From contig CBDCCI010000002.1 in the NCBI GenBank assembly GCA_965214705.1, positions 2,304,001 through 2,368,000 on the forward strand: DNA of 64,000 nt, given 5' to 3'. The notes under the pieces are model-generated. The model was not told the origin of the DNA and made no database searches. It saw only the letters and a list, made by a program, of their open reading frames with translations. Within the stretch, counting starts at the first letter, position 1. Every line of letters starts with the position of its first letter. The translations under genes were made by a program, and so were the position numbers. This DNA comes from Alphaproteobacteria bacterium. Its GTDB lineage: Bacteria > Pseudomonadota > Alphaproteobacteria > UBA828. Shown here one piece after another: positions 1-9,447 of the stretch.

Positions 1-144
1 GCCTCCCGCCCCGTTCGCGTTTCGTCTCCCACGCGTCCTTGGCGCCCGCCTCCAGGAGCCGGAGTGCGGCCCGTGAGGGGCGAGGCCGGTGGCGTGGGGG
101 AGGGAATCCCCGTCCTCGGCCGAGCGTCCGAACGGGAGCAACCG

Positions 145-720
145 ATGCGCATCTACGCACGAGCCGAGGTCTGCGGCTTTCGCTATTCCAACGCCGAGTG
201 GGGCGAGCTCAGCAACTTCTTCCCCCTGGCCGTCCCAATCGCCGCCGGCCCCTGGACGTTCGCCACGTCCGAGGGGCTGTACCAGGCCGCGAAGTTCGCG
301 GCGCACCCCGACGTCCAGCGGCGCATCGCCGAGGCGCCGACTCCGAAGGCGGCGGCGGCCATCGGCCGCACCCCCGGTCTCGGCATCGACCCCGGCTGGA
401 ACGCGCAGCGCGTCGACGTCATGCGCTGGGTGCTGCGGATGAAGCGCGAGGCGAACCGGGTCGCGATCGACGCGGTGCTGGCCTCGACCGGCGACCGCCC
501 CATCGTCGAGGTCTCGACCCGCGATCCGTGGTGGGGCGCGCGGCCCGTGGCCGAGCGCTACGAGGGCCGCAACGTCCTCGGGCGGCTGTGGATGGAGCTC
601 CGCCAGCACCTTCGTGACGACGATCCGACCGCCCGCTCCGTCGCCTGGCTCGACCGTATCCAGGTCGGCTGCCTCGCAGGCCCCGCCATCGTTCCGGATG
701 CCGCCCGCGAGGCCGCCTGA
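145..720 (+). CDS. NADAR/YbiA-family protein
   Basis: LSNFF, SEGLYQAAKF, W...RVDVM, IVEVS.RDPWWG and GRNVLGRLWMELR match the NADAR signature; ATG 145 follows GGGAG. Confidence 0.8.
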   Translation: MRIYARAEVCGFRYSNAEWGELSNFFPLAVPIAAGPWTFATSEGLYQAAKFAAHPDVQRRIAEAPTPKAAAAIGRTPGLGIDPGWNAQRVDVMRWVLRMKREANRVAIDAVLASTGDRPIVEVSTRDPWWGARPVAERYEGRNVLGRLWMELRQHLRDDDPTARSVAWLDRIQVGCLAGPAIVPDAAREAA

Positions 721-859
721 GCGCGGCATCCCCGCCTGACCGTGCCGTTCCATCCGTCCTTCCCGCGCCGGCAGGAGCCGGAGGGGCGCTCGGGCTGGGG
801 CGAGGCCCGGGCGCCCCGGAGGGTGCCCGCGCCGTCCTCCCGCCATTCGGAGCACCCCC

Positions 860-1645
860 ATGACCCAGCCCGCCACCATCGCCCCCGCCACCATCGCCGC
901 GGACTACACGCTGCGCCCGAGCGAGCTCGCGGACACCCTCACGCTGCTCGTCGAGGCGCGCCAGCCCTGCATCGTGTGGGGCCCGCCCGGCTGCGCCAAG
1001 AGCGACATCGCCCGCCAGGTCGCCGCGGCGCTGGGGCGCCTCTACATCGACGTGCGCGCGCTTCTGCTCGACCCCGTGGACTTGCGCGGCATCCCGTGGC
1101 GCTCGATGAACGTGCTGGAGCGCATGCTGGCCGAGGTCATCGTCCAGGAGTGCCGCGACGAGGGCATCGCCACCGACGTGCCCGCCATCGTCCAGCGCTA
1201 CCAGGCGGTCGCCGAGCTCCTCGACCAGCGCACCCGCTGGGCGCCCCCGTCGTTCCTGCCCCCCTCGCACTCGGGCGAGCAGTTCCTCATCAACCTCGAG
1301 GAGCTCCCGTCCGCGGTCCCGATGGTCCAGGCGGCGCTGTACCAGCTCGTGCTCGACCGCCGGGTCGGCGAGTACGCGCTACCCGAGGGCGCGGCGCTCA
1401 TTGCCTGCGGCAACCGCGAGACCGACCGCGGCGTCGTGCACCGCATGCCGACCCCGCTCGCCTCGCGCTTCGTGCACCTCGAGGTCCGCGTCGATGCGAA
1501 GGACTGGTGCGCCTGGGGCGCGGCGAACGGCATCGCCCCGGAGGTGCTGTTCTTCATCGAGCTCGAGCCGACGCTGCTCCACCACTTCGACCCGCAGTCG
1601 AACGAGAAGGCGTTTCCGTGCCCGCGCACCTGGGAGCTATGTTGA
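860..1645 (+). pseudogene. MoxR-like AAA+ ATPase, 3'-truncated
   Basis: Walker A GPPGCAKS, Walker [20 protein letters not shown]; the frame ends just after PCPRTWE, where the palindrome and element begin. Confidence 0.8.
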
Positions 1646-1662
1646 GCTCAACATAGCTCCCA
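1631..1662. repeat. 32-bp perfect palindrome abutting the left end of element A
   Basis: TGGGAGCTATGTTGAG|CTCAACATAGCTCCCA, immediately followed by TTGAAC. Confidence 0.95.
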
Positions 1663-3905
1663 TTGAACTGAGCCGCGTTCCGCGGCGGGGCGCCTCGGCC
1701 GCCGGGTGCCCAGAGTGATCTCCTTGCCGCGCGTAAGTTGAGTGTGGCCGTTCGCTCCAGCGTCTGGGCGCAGGGTCGAATCCTGTTTCTCCCTCGTTGA
1801 TCGATGGTCGTCGACCGCCAAGCCGGCGAGCAAGAGCATGGGCGTGTCTTCGTGACAGACCAAACCCAGAGGGAGACGCCCCATGACGGCACTTCGCCAG
1901 CGCATGATCAACGACATGACGGTTCGCGGCTTCGCCGAGAACACCAGGAAGTCCTACCTCAACTCGGTCTCCGGGCTCGCGGTTTACTACGGTCGCAGCC
2001 CCGAGCACATCTCAGCGGAGGAAGTCCAGGAGTACCTCATCTTTCTTCACGAAGAGCGGGGGCTGGCTTGGCAGAGCTGCAACAGCGCTCGCCAAGGGAT
2101 CCGCTTCCTCTATCGCATCACGCTGGGCTTGCCCGAGCCGCACTTCTATCTGCCCTTCGCCAAGACGCCTTCCACCCTGCCCGTACTGCTCAACCAAGAC
2201 GAACTGGTGCGGCTGTTCAGCGTCACCATCAACCGCAAGCACCGCGCCTTGCTGATGACGGCCTATGCAGCGGGGCTTCGGGCGAGCGAGCTCGGCCGGT
2301 TGCAGATCAGCGATATCGACTCACAGCGGATGTGCCTGCGCGTCGATCAGGGCAAGGGCAACAAGGACCGCTACGTCCCGCTCTCGCCCCGGCTGCTCGA
2401 CGAGCTGCGCGAGTACTGGCAGCGGGTACGGCCCGAGCACTGGCTGTTCCCCGGTCGGATTCCCGGCCGGCCGATGACGCGCCATGGGCCAGCACACGTT
2501 TACGATCGAGCCAAGGACAAAGCCGGGATCGCCAAGCCCGGCGGGATCCACACGCTGCGCCATTGCTACGCCACCGGGCTCCTCGAGGCCGGCGTCGAGC
2601 TGCATGTCATCCAACGCCGCCTCGGGCACACCTCAATCCGCTCGACCATGCGCTACCTTCACCTTGCTCACGACAAGACGTCCGCCACGCCGTCGCCCCT
2701 GGACCTGCTGGAGTTTCCGCGTCCTGCCCAGGCCTGACCGGTGGCTCATGTCGGCCACGCGGCGCCAGCCACACGGCCGGCGCTGGAGGTCGCGGACATC
2801 CTGCGCGAGCGCGGCGACGCCTATGGCGAGACACATCTGCTCTCGGCCCAGCAGCAGAGGGTCGTCGACGCGCTGGTGAACTGCCGCACCGCTGTGCTCG
2901 GCGGGTTCAAGGCAGAATGCGATCACTGCGGGGCGGTGACGATCCAGTACGCCTCGTGCCGGAACCGTCATTGCCCCAAGTGCCAGACCCTCTCGCAGAC
3001 CAGGTGGGTTGAGCGTCAGTGCGCCGATCTGCTCGACATCGACTACTGGCATGTCGTGTTCACCCTGCCCCACGAGCTCAACCCCGTGGCCCAGGGCAAT
3101 GCCGCGCTCATCTACAGGCTGCTCTTCAAGGCCGCCTCCCAGACCCTGCTCGAGTTCGGCCGCAATCCCCGCTGGCTCGGCGGCGAGCTCGGCATCACCA
3201 TGGTGCTGCACACTTGGGGGCAGAATCTGGGACAGCACATCCATGTCCACTGTATCGTCACCGACGGCGGTCTGAGCCCGGACAGAGAGCGCTGGCTCAC
3301 TCCCGCGCGCAAGGGCTTCCTGTTCCCCACGGTCGCGCTCTCGAAGGTCTTCCGCGGCAAGTATCTCGACTTCCTCGGCGCCGCGCACCGCGACGGCGAA
3401 CTCCGGCTCAAGGTCGTCGGCGGTGGTGACGACAGCCGCGAGTTCGAGTGTCTGAAGACCGCGCTGCGGTCGAACGACTGGGTGGTCTACACCAAGGCCC
3501 CGTTCGCCGGCGCCGGGCACGTTCTGGCCTATCTCGGGCGCTACACCCACAAGGCTGCCATCGCCAATCATCGCCTCGTCGACTTCGACGGCGAGCACGT
3601 TCGCTTCCGTTGGCGCGACTACGCTGACGGCAACAAGGTCAAGGTGATGCGTCTCGACGTCGACGAGTTCATCCGCCGCTTCCTCCTGCACGTCCTCCCG
3701 CGCGGCTTCACCCGCCTGCGCCACTACGGCTTGCTCGCCAATCGCTGCCGGGCTCGCAAGCTCGCCCGCTGCCGAGACCTGCTCGGCCAGCCTGCCCCTG
3801 AACCGCGGGAGCCGGAAACGACGCAGCAGATGATGCTGCGACTGACGGGGATCGACATCACCGTGTGCCGCCAGTGCGGCGAGGCAACGCTGCGGCAAAC
3901 CGTCA
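1663..3905 (+). mobile_element. IS91-like element A (tyrosine recombinase + Y2 transposase), right end missing
   Basis: Begins TTGAACTGAGCCGCG, similar to the ends of element B; carries the int + tnp pair; interrupted at 3906. Confidence 0.75.
1883..2737 (+). CDS. tyrosine recombinase of element A
   Basis: MTALRQRMI N-terminus; catalytic motifs GLR, HTLRH, LGH, TMRY. Confidence 0.92.
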   Translation: MTALRQRMINDMTVRGFAENTRKSYLNSVSGLAVYYGRSPEHISAEEVQEYLIFLHEERGLAWQSCNSARQGIRFLYRITLGLPEPHFYLPFAKTPSTLPVLLNQDELVRLFSVTINRKHRALLMTAYAAGLRASELGRLQISDIDSQRMCLRVDQGKGNKDRYVPLSPRLLDELREYWQRVRPEHWLFPGRIPGRPMTRHGPAHVYDRAKDKAGIAKPGGIHTLRHCYATGLLEAGVELHVIQRRLGHTSIRSTMRYLHLAHDKTSATPSPLDLLEFPRPAQA

Positions 3906-3940
3906 TTGAACGAAGCCGCTACGCGGAGTTAGCGGCGTAG
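2741..3940 (+). CDS. IS91-family Y2/HUH transposase; last ~11 codons come from element B
   Basis: Zn motif CDHC...SCRNRHCPKC, HVVFTLP, HTW, HUH HIHVH, YLGRY, EFIRRFLLHVLP. Confidence 0.9.
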   Translation: MAHVGHAAPATRPALEVADILRERGDAYGETHLLSAQQQRVVDALVNCRTAVLGGFKAECDHCGAVTIQYASCRNRHCPKCQTLSQTRWVERQCADLLDIDYWHVVFTLPHELNPVAQGNAALIYRLLFKAASQTLLEFGRNPRWLGGELGITMVLHTWGQNLGQHIHVHCIVTDGGLSPDRERWLTPARKGFLFPTVALSKVFRGKYLDFLGAAHRDGELRLKVVGGGDDSREFECLKTALRSNDWVVYTKAPFAGAGHVLAYLGRYTHKAAIANHRLVDFDGEHVRFRWRDYADGNKVKVMRLDVDEFIRRFLLHVLPRGFTRLRHYGLLANRCRARKLARCRDLLGQPAPEPREPETTQQMMLRLTGIDITVCRQCGEATLRQTVIERSRYAELAA

Positions 3941-4136
3941 AGTTCATTCATTTCCGAGGCGTCGCGGGTGCCGTTTGTTCTGTGCGTTCGCTTCCCGGTT
4001 GCGTCAGTGGCGCTCCGCCCGTCGGGTGGCGGATCCCCAGCAGCCTCCCGATCACCAGTGGTTAGCATCGACCCCTGCGACGGACCGTCGCCGGATCGGT
4101 CCGGCGGCGCGCCGTCGCGATCCAGGGAGATCGATA

Positions 4137-5015
4137 ATGACCGGGACCGCGTGCGACACGAACACCGTCACCCCTCTTCGCCAGCGCATGGAGGAGCAGC
4201 TCCGCATCGCCAATCTGGCCGCGAGCACGTCCAAGGCCTACATCTGCGAGATCAAGAACCTGGCCAGGTACTACGACGCCTCGCCGGACGAGCTCGACGC
4301 CGAGCAGGTGCGCCAGTGGTACCTGGGGCGGATCGACAAGGGGCTCAGTCCGGGCACGACCAACGTCTCCTTCGCCGCGCTGAACTTCCTCTACATCGAC
4401 ACACTCGGCTGGCCTGACCATGTCGCCGGCCTGCGCTCCCGCAAGAAGCCCGGCAAGCTGCCGCGCTACATGTCGGAGCAGGAGGTCGAGCACCTCATCC
4501 TTGCGACACCCGACCTCCGCCACCGTGCTGCCATTGTCACCGGCTATGGCGGCGGGCTCCGCATCTCCGAGACCTTGGCCATCAAGGTCGGCGACATCCT
4601 GTCGGAGAAGAAGCTGCTGCACATCCCCTCCGGCAAAGGCGGCACCGAGAGAATGGCACCGTTGCCGGACATCGTCATCCACTACTTGCGCGTCTACTAC
4701 AGGAACATCTGGCCGCGTCCGACGAACTGGCTCTTCTACGGCGTCTCGCTCGACAGGCCCATCGCAACGGAGACCTTGCAGGCCGCCTTCAGGAGGGCGC
4801 GCGACATTGCCGAGCTCGACCGCAGCTACACCTTCCATTGCCTGCGCCATTCGGCGGCGACCCATCTCCTCGAGCGCGGCGGCGATATCGAGGTGATCCG
4901 GGACATGCTCGGCCATCGAAGCGCGAACACGACCCGTCACTACGCCCGCGTCACCGGCAAGATGTTCGAGGGCCTCGACCACCCGATCTCAGGCTTCGCA
5001 GCGTTGCGCAACTGA
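4137..5015 (+). CDS. tyrosine recombinase of element B
   Basis: TPLRQRM, GLRISE, HCLRH, LGH, TRHY; GGGAG precedes ATG 4137. Confidence 0.9.
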   Translation: MTGTACDTNTVTPLRQRMEEQLRIANLAASTSKAYICEIKNLARYYDASPDELDAEQVRQWYLGRIDKGLSPGTTNVSFAALNFLYIDTLGWPDHVAGLRSRKKPGKLPRYMSEQEVEHLILATPDLRHRAAIVTGYGGGLRISETLAIKVGDILSEKKLLHIPSGKGGTERMAPLPDIVIHYLRVYYRNIWPRPTNWLFYGVSLDRPIATETLQAAFRRARDIAELDRSYTFHCLRHSAATHLLERGGDIEVIRDMLGHRSANTTRHYARVTGKMFEGLDHPISGFAALRN

Positions 5016-5021
5016 CGGCGC

Positions 5022-6262
5022 GTGGAGGCCGAACGCGCGGGCGTGGCGGAGATCTTCCGCCGCGCCGGCGCCGCTTTCCGTGAGCGCCACAAGGGCGCAT
5101 CGACGCCGCCCGGCTCAAGGTCATGGGCGCCATCGAGGCGTGCCGCACCGCCGTGCTCGGCGGCCACATGTACGCCTGCGAGGGCTGCGGGCGCGAGCAT
5201 CCGCTCTTCAACTCCTGCCGCAACCGCCACTGCCCCACCTGCCAGGGTCTCGCCGCCAACCTCTGGAGCGAGGAGCGCGCCGGGGACATCCTGCCGGTGC
5301 CCTACTTCCATGTGGTCTTCACCCTGCCCAAGGAGGTTGCCGCCATTGCCTTCTGCAACCGCAGGGTGGTGTTCGACATCCTCTTCCGGGCCGTCGCCGA
5401 GACCCTGCGCACCATCGCCGCCGATCCCCGCCACGGCGGCATGCGCATCGGCGGCACCGCGGTCCTCCATACCTGGGATCAGAAGCTCCGCTTCCACCCG
5501 CACCTGCACGTGGTCGTGCCCAACGCGGGCTTCGACGTAGACAGTGGCGAGTGGAAGACGGGGAGCACCACCTTCCTCGCCCCCGTCAAGGTCCTCGGCA
5601 GCCTGTTCCGCCGCCTCTTCCTCGAGGAGCTCGCCCGCGCCCACGGCCGGGGGGACCTGGAGTTCCACGGCACCGTCGCCCACCTCGCCAATCCCGGCGA
5701 GTTCCACGCCACGCTTGCCGCCGCCCGGGCCAGGGACTGGGTGGTCTACGCCAAGCGGCCCTTCCGCGGGCCTGAGCAGGTCTTCCGGTACCTCTCGCAC
5801 TACACGCACAGGATCGCCATCTCCGACAGCCGCATCGTCTCCTTCGACGGCGAGACGGTCTCCTTCCGCCACCGAAAGCCCAAGGCGCCGGGGCAGAGAA
5901 AGCCGCGCTACGGCATCGCCACCGTGAGCGCCGACGAGTTCATCCGCCGCTTCCTGAGGCACGTCCTGCCGGACGGCCTGCACCGCATTCGCTACTTCGG
6001 CATCCTCGCCAACGGCTGCCGCGCCAGCACGCTGGAGAGAGCACGCCAGGCTCTCGGCGCCCTCGGCTGCGCCGCCCCCGAGGGAAGCGTGGACGGCGCT
6101 CGGGCCGAGCCCGACGAAGAGCCCGAGATCGGCACCGCGCCCGTGGCCTGCCCCCACTGCGGCGGCGTCATGCGCCTCGTCCGCGAAATCCGCCGCCGCC
6201 ATGAGCCCCGCTCGACGCGCGGCCCGCCGGCGCTGCCGCCGACCCACAGGGGGAAACCGTGA
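5022..6262 (+). pseudogene. IS91-family Y2 transposase with apparent 1-bp frameshift near 5096
   Basis: The N-terminus VAEIFRRAG is in a different frame from IDAARLKVMGAIEACRT...SCRNRHCPTC, HPHLH, YLSHY. Confidence 0.8.
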
Positions 6263-6524
6263 GACGCCCGCTCGCTTCGGCCCCGCGCAACGGCGCCAAA
6301 GCGCCGACGCACGACCGAACCTGTCTCCGCTTGAGCCGGGCTGACAGCCCTCGGCTCACACCCCGCTCAGTCCTCGCAGCGTGCGCCCGCATGCCTGCCG
6401 AAAGACCGGCGCGAGCGTCGATTTTATGCGCAACTCTGCTGCCGGTGGATGCCGCCTGACGCTGACATCAGCGCACTTTCCACATAGCTCAACTTCGCCT
6501 CTCGTGGCCCGCGGCTTCGTTCAA

Positions 6525-6566
6525 AAGGGTTGGGCAGGCTCTCGAGAGAGAGCCTGCCCAACCCTT
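6525..6566. repeat. 19-bp-stem hairpin abutting the right end of element B
   Basis: AAGGGTTGGGCAGGCTCTC-GAGA-GAGAGCCTGCCCAACCCTT. Confidence 0.95.
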
Positions 6567-6570
6567 AACC

Positions 6571-7104
6571 TTGGACGGCGCGGGCCTACGATTCGGGGAG
6601 GCGACTCGCCTCTCCCTTGCCGACGTCGATCTGGCGAACGCCGTCCTGACCATCCGGGCCACCAAGTTCTACAAGAGCCGGCTGGTCCCGGTCGGCCCTC
6701 AGCTTGCAGCGCTTCTGGGAAGCCACGTGACCCTGCGCCAGCGCGCCGGACTGGTGGAAGGCCGGGACGCGTTGCTCCTGGCGAACCGGGACGGGACGCG
6801 GCTCGCCAGTAGCACGGTGCTGGCCGCGTTCGACACGCTGAGGCGCCTCGCCGGGGTCCACCGTCCCGCGGCGGGGCGGACGATCCCGCGGCTGCACGAT
6901 CTGCGGCACAGCTTCGCCGTCCACCGCCTGACGAGCTGGTATCGGCAAGGCGCTGATGTGCAACGGCTGCTGCCGGTGCTCTCCACCTATCTCGGTCACG
7001 CCGATCTGGAGGGCACGAAGATCTATCTGTCGATGACGCCGGAGCTCCTGGAAGAGGCGTCGCTACGGTTCGCCCGCTATGCGGCGGGAGGTCGGCATGC
7101 CTGA
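6571..7104 (+). pseudogene. RitB-like tyrosine recombinase, 5'-truncated
   Basis: GAGLRFGEA, TKFYKSRLVP, PRLHDLRHSFAV, LPVLSTYLGH; N-terminal part absent. Confidence 0.85.
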
Positions 7105-8092
7105 GCCCGCAACCCTCGGCCCGTGGCTCCGCCGGTTCTTCACCGAGCACATCGTCACCGAACGCAATCTGGCCAGGAACACCCGCAAGAGCTACCGCGA
7201 CACCTTCCGCCTGTTGTTGCCCTTCGTCAGCCGAAAGGTGCGCAAGCCCGTAGACCGGCTCGCGGTATGGGACATCACATCCGGATGCGTGCGGGAGTTC
7301 CTCGCCCATGTCGAGACGGATCGAGGTTGCTCCGTCCGGACTCGCAATCAGCGACTGGCTGCGATCCAGGCCTTCGCGCGCTTCGTCGGCAGCCGCGACC
7401 CGGTCCATGTCGAATGGTGCGGTCATATCCGGGCGATCGCGTCGAAGAGATCGGTGCCGCCGCCGGTCGGATGGCTGACCCGGGCGGAGATGGAGGCGAT
7501 GCTGGCGACGCCCGACCGCAAGACCCGGCGGGGCCGGAGCGAGTACGCGCTTATGCTCTTCCTGTACAACACCGGCGCAAGAGTGTCCGAGGCCATCCAG
7601 CTGAGGGTATGCGATCTGCAGATCGGAACGCGGAAAGGCGGGCACGATCTCGCCACCTTGCACGGCAAGGGCGGCAAGACGCGCCAGTGCCCGCTATGGC
7701 CGGAAACCGAGCGCGTACTCGCGGAGGAGATCAGCGATCGCGCAGGCGATGACGCGGTGTTCGTCAGCCGGCTCGGGACACCGTTCACCCGCTTCGGCGT
7801 CTATCGGCTGATCGAGCGGTGTGCGGCCCAGGTCCCGGAACTGGCCGATCGGACGGTGACGCCGCACGTGATCCGGCACACCACGGCCTGCCACCTGGCC
7901 CTCGCCGATGTGGACATCAACACCATCCGTGCCTGGCTCGGACACGTCTCGATCAGCACGACCAACATCTATACCGAGATCGACCTGACGCTGAAGGCCA
8001 ACGCCGTCGCGATGTGCGAGGTGGGCCAGCCGCGACCCGCTCGGTCATGGAAGGAGGACAAGGACCTCATGGCCTTCCTGAAGGCGTTGTAA
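7097..8092 (+). CDS. RitC-like tyrosine recombinase
   Basis: NT.KSYRDTF, TRNQRLAAI, YNTGARVSE, PHVIRHT, WLGH, TNIY, C-terminal LMAFLKAL; overlaps the ritB stop. Confidence 0.9.
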   Translation: MPEPATLGPWLRRFFTEHIVTERNLARNTRKSYRDTFRLLLPFVSRKVRKPVDRLAVWDITSGCVREFLAHVETDRGCSVRTRNQRLAAIQAFARFVGSRDPVHVEWCGHIRAIASKRSVPPPVGWLTRAEMEAMLATPDRKTRRGRSEYALMLFLYNTGARVSEAIQLRVCDLQIGTRKGGHDLATLHGKGGKTRQCPLWPETERVLAEEISDRAGDDAVFVSRLGTPFTRFGVYRLIERCAAQVPELADRTVTPHVIRHTTACHLALADVDINTIRAWLGHVSISTTNIYTEIDLTLKANAVAMCEVGQPRPARSWKEDKDLMAFLKAL

Positions 8093-8116
8093 GCGGCGAC
8101 GGGGCACCGGCCTCGG

Positions 8117-9160
8117 TCACCCCGTCCCAACTGTCCGCCGGCGCATGAAGCGAACCGCGTCCTCGGGGGCGAGTTGGATGCGCACAAATGCGCGGACGGC
8201 GCCCAAGTCGAACGCTTGCAGATCCTCGTTGAGGTCGCCGAGGCGCGGAGCGAGGGCTAGCGCTTCGATGCCGGCCGCTTCGGCTCGTTCGGTGAGCACC
8301 GCGACCGCCGTATCGCCTGCGGGATCGTTGTCTCGCGCGATGTAGAGCCGTCGCAGACCGGCAGCCAGTTCGAGGGCGGCGAGGTGGTTCGCCGAGAGCG
8401 CCGCCGCCATGGGCATGGCGGGCAGCGCGCATCGCAGCGACAGCATCGTCTCGATGCCTTCGCCGGCGGCGAGGACGTTGCCGGCCGCACCGAACCGGAC
8501 GGCATGGCCGAGAAGGTCGCCCATCGCGCGTCGCGGCGTATCGATCGGCGCCTTGCCCAACCCGTCCGGGGCGATCCAGGTGCGATGCACGCCGGTGATC
8601 GCGCCCGAGAGGTCGGTGACGGCGGCGATCATCGCCGGCCAGGTCTCGGTCGGCGCATGCCCATCCGGGCGATACCAGCAGCGCGGATGGAAGCGGAGCG
8701 CTTCGCAGCTCGTCAGATGTACGATCCCGCGGTTGCGCAGGTACGCCTCGGCCAGCGTGCCGGCGATCGGTCTGGCGATCGCCCAGAGCCTGCGCGCAGC
8801 TTCGGCCGAGCCCCTCGGGGCGGGCGCTCTTGACGCGACCGGCGGTTCGGCCCGGGGCAGCGACAGGAAGCGCCGCGCCTCCTCGGCGACCTCGCGGAAC
8901 TCCGTGAGCCCGCAGCTCTCGCGGATCACGTCGAGCAGGTCGCCGTGCTCGGCCGAGGCCGCATCGCTCCAGCGCCCGGCGGCCCCAGGGCCGGCCTCCG
9001 GCCCGCTCAGCCGCACGTACATCGACCGGCCGGGCGTGTTGCGCACGTCGCCCACCATCCAGTAGCGGCCCTGACGCCGACCCTTCGACAGATAGTGGCG
9101 GCAGACCGCCTCGGCGTCGCGCGCGAGGCGCCGTGCCAGCTCGGAAGCGTCGCGCGGCAT
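8117..9160 (-). CDS. toprim-domain primase-like protein (DUF7146/Toprim_3 type), RIT passenger
   Basis: EAVCRHYL, GDLLD, AEAYLRNRGI, LRFHP, GVHRTW, GEGIET, IARDND; RBS GGGGAGGG. Confidence 0.85.
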   Translation of the reverse strand: MPRDASELARRLARDAEAVCRHYLSKGRRQGRYWMVGDVRNTPGRSMYVRLSGPEAGPGAAGRWSDAASAEHGDLLDVIRESCGLTEFREVAEEARRFLSLPRAEPPVASRAPAPRGSAEAARRLWAIARPIAGTLAEAYLRNRGIVHLTSCEALRFHPRCWYRPDGHAPTETWPAMIAAVTDLSGAITGVHRTWIAPDGLGKAPIDTPRRAMGDLLGHAVRFGAAGNVLAAGEGIETMLSLRCALPAMPMAAALSANHLAALELAAGLRRLYIARDNDPAGDTAVAVLTERAEAAGIEALALAPRLGDLNEDLQAFDLGAVRAFVRIQLAPEDAVRFMRRRTVGTG

Positions 9161-9185
9161 CACGCGACCCTCCCCGCGGGACTGA

Positions 9186-9269
9186 GGTTATGTTGCCGAG
9201 AAACCGCAAAGCGCGTGCAGCTGCGCCGCCCAGCGCCGGGCCGCAACATAACCACCGGCGCAACATAAT
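9186..9269. repeat. RIT right-end repeats
   Basis: GGTTATGTTGC (9186-9196) is inverted to GCAACATAACC (9243-9253); a second GCAACATAA lies at 9260-9268. Confidence 0.8.
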
Positions 9270-9447
9270 CGGTGAACTTGCCGGGCGTGCCGGGGGGCGC
9301 GAGGCGGACGAAGAGGGATCGCCCGCGTCCGCCGTCGAGGTCGCCCGCGACCCAGTATCGGCCCCGGCGGCGTCCGTAGGGCAGGTAATGGCGGCACACG
9401 GCCTCGGCGCGTTCGGCGAGGGCTGCGGCGACGGAAGACGCGTTCAT
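9270..9447 (-). pseudogene. 5' part of the resident toprim-primase gene, interrupted by the RIT end
   Basis: MNASSVAAALAERAEAVCRHYLPYGRRRGRYW...GRSLFVRL...GKFTD is homologous to the N-terminus of 8117-9160; homology stops at the RIT end. Confidence 0.85.

Larger units (their letters stand above)
3906..6524 (+). mobile_element. IS91-like element B (tyrosine recombinase + Y2 transposase)
   Basis: Perfect 14-bp terminal inverted repeats TTGAACGAAGCCGC (3906-3919) and GCGGCTTCGTTCAA (6511-6524). Confidence 0.85.
6571..9269 (+). mobile_element. RIT (recombinase-in-trio)-type element, left part deleted, with passenger toprim gene
   Basis: Overlapping RitB- and RitC-like recombinases; TTATGTTGC/GCAACATAA end repeats at 9186-9269. 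Confidence 0.75.

Noticed and set aside
1637-1656. CTATGTTGAG as the RIT left end
   Set aside because: Only TATGTTG is shared with the RIT right end and the repeated-site structure is missing; cannot be excluded but unsupported
6259-6459. 66-aa ORF after the element B transposase
   Set aside because: No recognisable features; lies in the element's subterminal region
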